NCBI RefSeq assembly: GCF_000142905.1
Contig: NW_013657664.1
Coordinates: 400,133-464,132, forward strand
From: Thecamonas trahens ATCC 50062
Taxonomy: Eukaryota; Protista; Apusomonadida
Length of the DNA stretch: 64,000 nt
Reading direction: 5' to 3'
Shown here piece after piece: positions 61,834 to 64,000 of this stretch (position 1 is its first letter; the number at the start of each line of letters is the position of its first letter). A model generated the notes under the pieces. That model did not search any database and was not told the DNA's origin. It saw only the letters and a program-made list of their open reading frames with translations. The position numbers were made by a program, and so were the translations under genes.

Positions 61834-64000
61834 TCGAGGCCAATGATCTTGTCACGGTACTCGTCGATGTTGCCGAGGGTGAGCGGGACGATGGCCTTGA
61901 GCTCGAGCGGCTGGTTGGTGAAGGGGCAAACATTGTTGCGGGTCTCGAGGGTCATACGCCAGGTGGCGTAGCCCATGACGTGGCCGTAGGGCGAGATGGC
62001 GGGGGCGACAACCTCCTCGAGCATGATGGGGTCGCGGTAGCCAGGCAGTGGGTTAGCCTGGGCGACGACGTCGTCGTCAGCCGGACAGAGACCGCGGAGG
62101 CGCTTTGTCGAGTAAAACGACGGCGGCGGCTTCCAAGTGGTGGCAGCCTCGATTTCTGCGAGCTCCATGGCCTCAGCGTCGCCGGCAGCGCGGGGCTTGG
62201 GCTTTGCGCGTGACTTGCGGATGCGCTTGGGCGGCGGCGGCGGGCCGGCCGGCTGGGACTCCTCGGCAATGACGGCTTCGGCTGCCTTGGCGTCACGCTT
62301 GCGGGCGCGGGCCTTGGCCTTGGCGCGCTTCTTGGCAGCCTTGGCGCGGGTCGAAGAGACAAGCTTGCGCTGGCGCTTGATTTGCTCCTGAACAAGCGAT
62401 GAGGTCCGCGACGGCGGCGGCTTGGTCAGCTTGGTCGTCACCTTGCGCTTCTTGGTCGGGCGCGGGTTGGCCGGCGGCGGCGATGTCTTCTTGGGCGGTG
62501 GCGGCGGAGCGTCGTCCATGGGCGCTGGAACGCTTGCTGGCACCGGGGCGGGGGCGGAGGATGCAGTATCGGTCGTCGGCGGGAGTGCAGAAGGCGACGG
62601 CTGGGGTGCAGGCTGCGCAGCAGCGGGCGGGCCGGAAGCCGAGGGGTCAGACTGCGGGGCAGGCGCTTCGGGCGCGGGCGGCTGGGCGGACGGGGTCTGG
62701 GTGTTGTCGCGCTTCCGTTTCTTGGCGCCCTTTTTGGGCTCCTTGTCAGTAGCGTCGTCCTTGGCGGCGTTGGACTCGGCGCTGCCCTTGGACTTCATGG
62801 CGGCCCGTTGACGGGCGCCGACTCGCGGATGGACGCGGAACTTGCCGTTCTCCTCGAGGTAGCGTGCGCGACCGGACTCGTCGACCTTGTAGGTAGGGTC
62901 GACGATGACGCCGGCCTCGATCATGCGGCGGTAGTGGCCGGAGCACTGGTAGCCGACCCGGCCGGGGATGCCGATGGAGAGCAGGCCCCAGCGGCCGGGC
63001 CCGCCCATTTCCTCGAGGCGCTTGAGGAAGATGGCGTGCTCTTCCTGGGTAAAGGGGCCCTTGCGCGGGGCTTCACCGGGCGCGTTGAAGCGGTAGTAGT
63101 ACCCGTTGGGGTTGCGGTCGATCATGGCGTAGGCGCGCATGCGGGCCTTGGACCAGCCCTCCATGAGCTTGCACACCTCATTGGTGTTTTCCGGCAGCGG
63201 AACGGCCTCGCCCTCGCGGACCACCTTGTCTTTGAGCGACGGCAGGGCCTCGGCGACTTTGGCGAGCGCCTTTGGATTGAGCTTGTACTCTGTGGAGCGG
63301 AGGCGGGTGGGCGCGACGCGGACCTCGACCTTACCCTCCTTGGCCTCTGCATGGATGCGGGCAATGTCTTCGGCGACCTTGGTTGCCTCCTCACGGGTGC
63401 GGATGGTGCGGTAGAAGGGTGCAAACGAGGTAAAGGTGGACTTGGGCTTGGGCTTGGGCTTGGCCTTTGACTTGCGCGAGGTGGAGCCGGTGGACCAGGC
63501 GAAGGAGCCGGAAGCCGGGTTTGCGCGGCGGACGGCGGCCATGCCGTGGATGCAAAACGACTGATAGCCTGCGCACGAGGTATCCTCCTCCGGGTGGAGC
63601 GTGCCCGGCGGACGACGGAACGACTCGGAGGTCTTTGAGGTGGCGACGGCCTCGCGGACCTTGGCGAGGAACGAGCCAAGGGCGGCCGAGGGCGAGGCGA
63701 GCTTGAGCAGGGTCTCGTCGACGTCGCCGTCACACTGGTCGAGGGCGGCACCGGCCTCGTCGCGGGTGAGGTGCGGGAAGAGGGCGGTGACATTGGAGAC
63801 TTGGCGGGCGCGGCGCGAGGCCTCCAGCTTGGCCATCTGGTCGCGGTAAGCGGCGAGGCGCTTGTCCATCTCTGCAGCTTCTGCGCCCGAGAGGTCTCCA
63901 AAGGCGTCGTCGCGGCGGGCTGCGGCGTCTGCGGTGGCGGACGACGATGCGCCGTTGAGGAGGTGCGGAGCAGTCGGCGGCGGCGGCGTCGCATCATCTT
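61830..64000 (-). CDS. CUE/UBA-like + Myb-like + U-box-like protein (frame open to the window edge; 5' end probably outside)
   Basis: LFPHLTRDEAGAALDQCDGDVD; YYYRFNAPGE...GPFTQEE...WGLLS..IPGRVGYQC; DPIMLE...PAISPYGHV...CPFTNQPL. Confidence 0.8.
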   Translation of the reverse strand, partial: DDATPPPPTAPHLLNGASSSATADAAARRDDAFGDLSGAEAAEMDKRLAAYRDQMAKLEASRRARQVSNVTALFPHLTRDEAGAALDQCDGDVDETLLKLASPSAALGSFLAKVREAVATSKTSESFRRPPGTLHPEEDTSCAGYQSFCIHGMAAVRRANPASGSFAWSTGSTSRKSKAKPKPKPKSTFTSFAPFYRTIRTREEATKVAEDIARIHAEAKEGKVEVRVAPTRLRSTEYKLNPKALAKVAEALPSLKDKVVREGEAVPLPENTNEVCKLMEGWSKARMRAYAMIDRNPNGYYYRFNAPGEAPRKGPFTQEEHAIFLKRLEEMGGPGRWGLLSIGIPGRVGYQCSGHYRRMIEAGVIVDPTYKVDESGRARYLEENGKFRVHPRVGARQRAAMKSKGSAESNAAKDDATDKEPKKGAKKRKRDNTQTPSAQPPAPEAPAPQSDPSASGPPAAAQPAPQPSPSALPPTTDTASSAPAPVPASVPAPMDDAPPPPPKKTSPPPANPRPTKKRKVTTKLTKPPPSRTSSLVQEQIKRQRKLVSSTRAKAAKKRAKAKARARKRDAKAAEAVIAEESQPAGPPPPPKRIRKSRAKPKPRAAGDAEAMELAEIEAATTWKPPPSFYSTKRLRGLCPADDDVVAQANPLPGYRDPIMLEEVVAPAISPYGHVMGYATWRMTLETRNNVCPFTNQPLELKAIVPLTLGNIDEYRDKIIGLD

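Noticed and set aside
1-64000. Functional gene cluster, mobile element, tRNA or rRNA
   Set aside because: Neighbouring genes are functionally unrelated. I saw no transposase, reverse transcriptase, terminal repeats or cloverleaf; GGTTCGA matches lie inside CDSs.

Overview
Gene-dense, GC-rich eukaryotic nuclear DNA with short spliceosomal introns (mostly GTACGY donors), microsatellites and a 100-N scaffold gap. The style suggests a unicellular protist such as an apusomonad (Thecamonas-like); that is inference, not verified. About 33 protein-coding genes are present. Recognisable ones are RPLP2, a CDF metal transporter, mitochondrial Asn-tRNA synthetase, an ABCA half-transporter, PIG-Y, Pkr1, TatD, UBC12, an amidase, NMD3, a TALE homeobox gene, CDK20/CCRK, a MED24/Med5-like gene, an Hv1-like channel, SHMT, a dynamin-related protein, LRRC61, a TDP2-like enzyme and a Myb/U-box protein. 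I found no rRNA, tRNA, CRISPR array or transposase. Five apparent frameshifts each lack one base in a short homopolymer and are probably sequencing errors. The top finding is one uninterrupted ORF fusing a kinesin motor, an Asp-nucleophile alpha/beta hydrolase and a Cys-His-Asp transglutaminase-like domain. Other notable items: an Hv1-like channel whose S4 lacks the RxWRxxR signature, a Kelch-IPT-filamin-repeat type I membrane protein, a talin-head-like FERM-SH3 protein, a CPELVP-motif orphan, and a nested RNA structure in the RPLP2 intron that splits the start codon. All family assignments were made by eye from motifs, without database searches.
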